Origin: Thermoplasmata archaeon
GTDB lineage: Archaea; Thermoplasmatota; Thermoplasmata; SG8-5
Direction of reading: 5' to 3'
Assembly: GCA_046485165.1 (NCBI GenBank)
Contig: JAWOHM010000083.1
Coordinates: 1-43,721, forward strand
Length of the DNA stretch: 43,721 nucleotides
In this document: one piece after another, positions 43,699 to 43,721 of the stretch
How the letters are laid out: each line of letters starts with the position of its first letter
How positions within the stretch are numbered: position 1 is the stretch's first letter
The notes under the pieces: generated by a model
Databases searched by the model: none
The model's input: only the letters and a program-made list of their open reading frames with translations
What the model was told of the DNA's origin: nothing
Program-made: the position numbers and the translations under genes

Positions 43699-43721
43699 GT
43701 TCCCACGGGTATATGCTTATT

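Overview
This is an archaeal chromosomal window. Archaeal markers are Alba, Pus10, the L21e-Rpo4-DUF655 cluster, a C/D box sRNA, TrmB and an ether-lipid operon. GC appears to be in the mid-50s % by eye. SD-led and apparently leaderless starts both occur. I saw no rRNA, CRISPR array, transposase or integrase.

Layout:
- 1-15.2 kb: two divergently transcribed giant secreted S8 subtilase-family genes, followed by a compact wHTH/NB-ARC-like STAND ATPase. The first S8 gene runs off the left edge. The second encodes about 3208 aa.
- 15.3-24.2 kb: housekeeping genes. These are an M24 peptidase, a C/D box sRNA, xth, alba, pus10, rpl21e, rpoF, DUF655, a Zn-ribbon/poly-Ala protein, serS and an ABC-2 exporter.
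- 24.2-28.9 kb: tmk and an M18 aminopeptidase sit between two hairpin-rich noncoding blocks of 1.1 kb and 0.7 kb. The blocks share a homologous element of roughly 190 nt. This stretch also holds AT-rich nested palindromes, an untracked 41-aa Zn-ribbon ORF and a toxin-antitoxin-like pair.
- 28.9-32.7 kb: a minus-strand lipid operon of Tes-like radical SAM, an untracked 2x[4Fe-4S] ferredoxin and geranylgeranyl reductase. It is divergent from trmB, with a perfect palindrome in the shared promoter.
- 32.7-42.1 kb: purF, argF behind a 12-bp motif array, form II/III-like RuBisCO, an MBL hydrolase and GTP-PEPCK. These converge across tRNA-Phe on an MFS(OFA)/beta-carbonic anhydrase pair.
- 42.1-43.7 kb: a translationally coupled RDD-Zn-ribbon gene and HDAC-family gene.

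Most unusual items:
- The giant subtilase-scaffold protein has a roughly 1000-aa beta-propeller insertion and an apparent catalytic Ser to Glu change.
- The duplicated noncoding element carries a 205-nt structured insertion exactly inside a hairpin loop.
- Several CO2-handling genes are clustered together.

All functional calls rest on motif recognition by eye. No searches were run.
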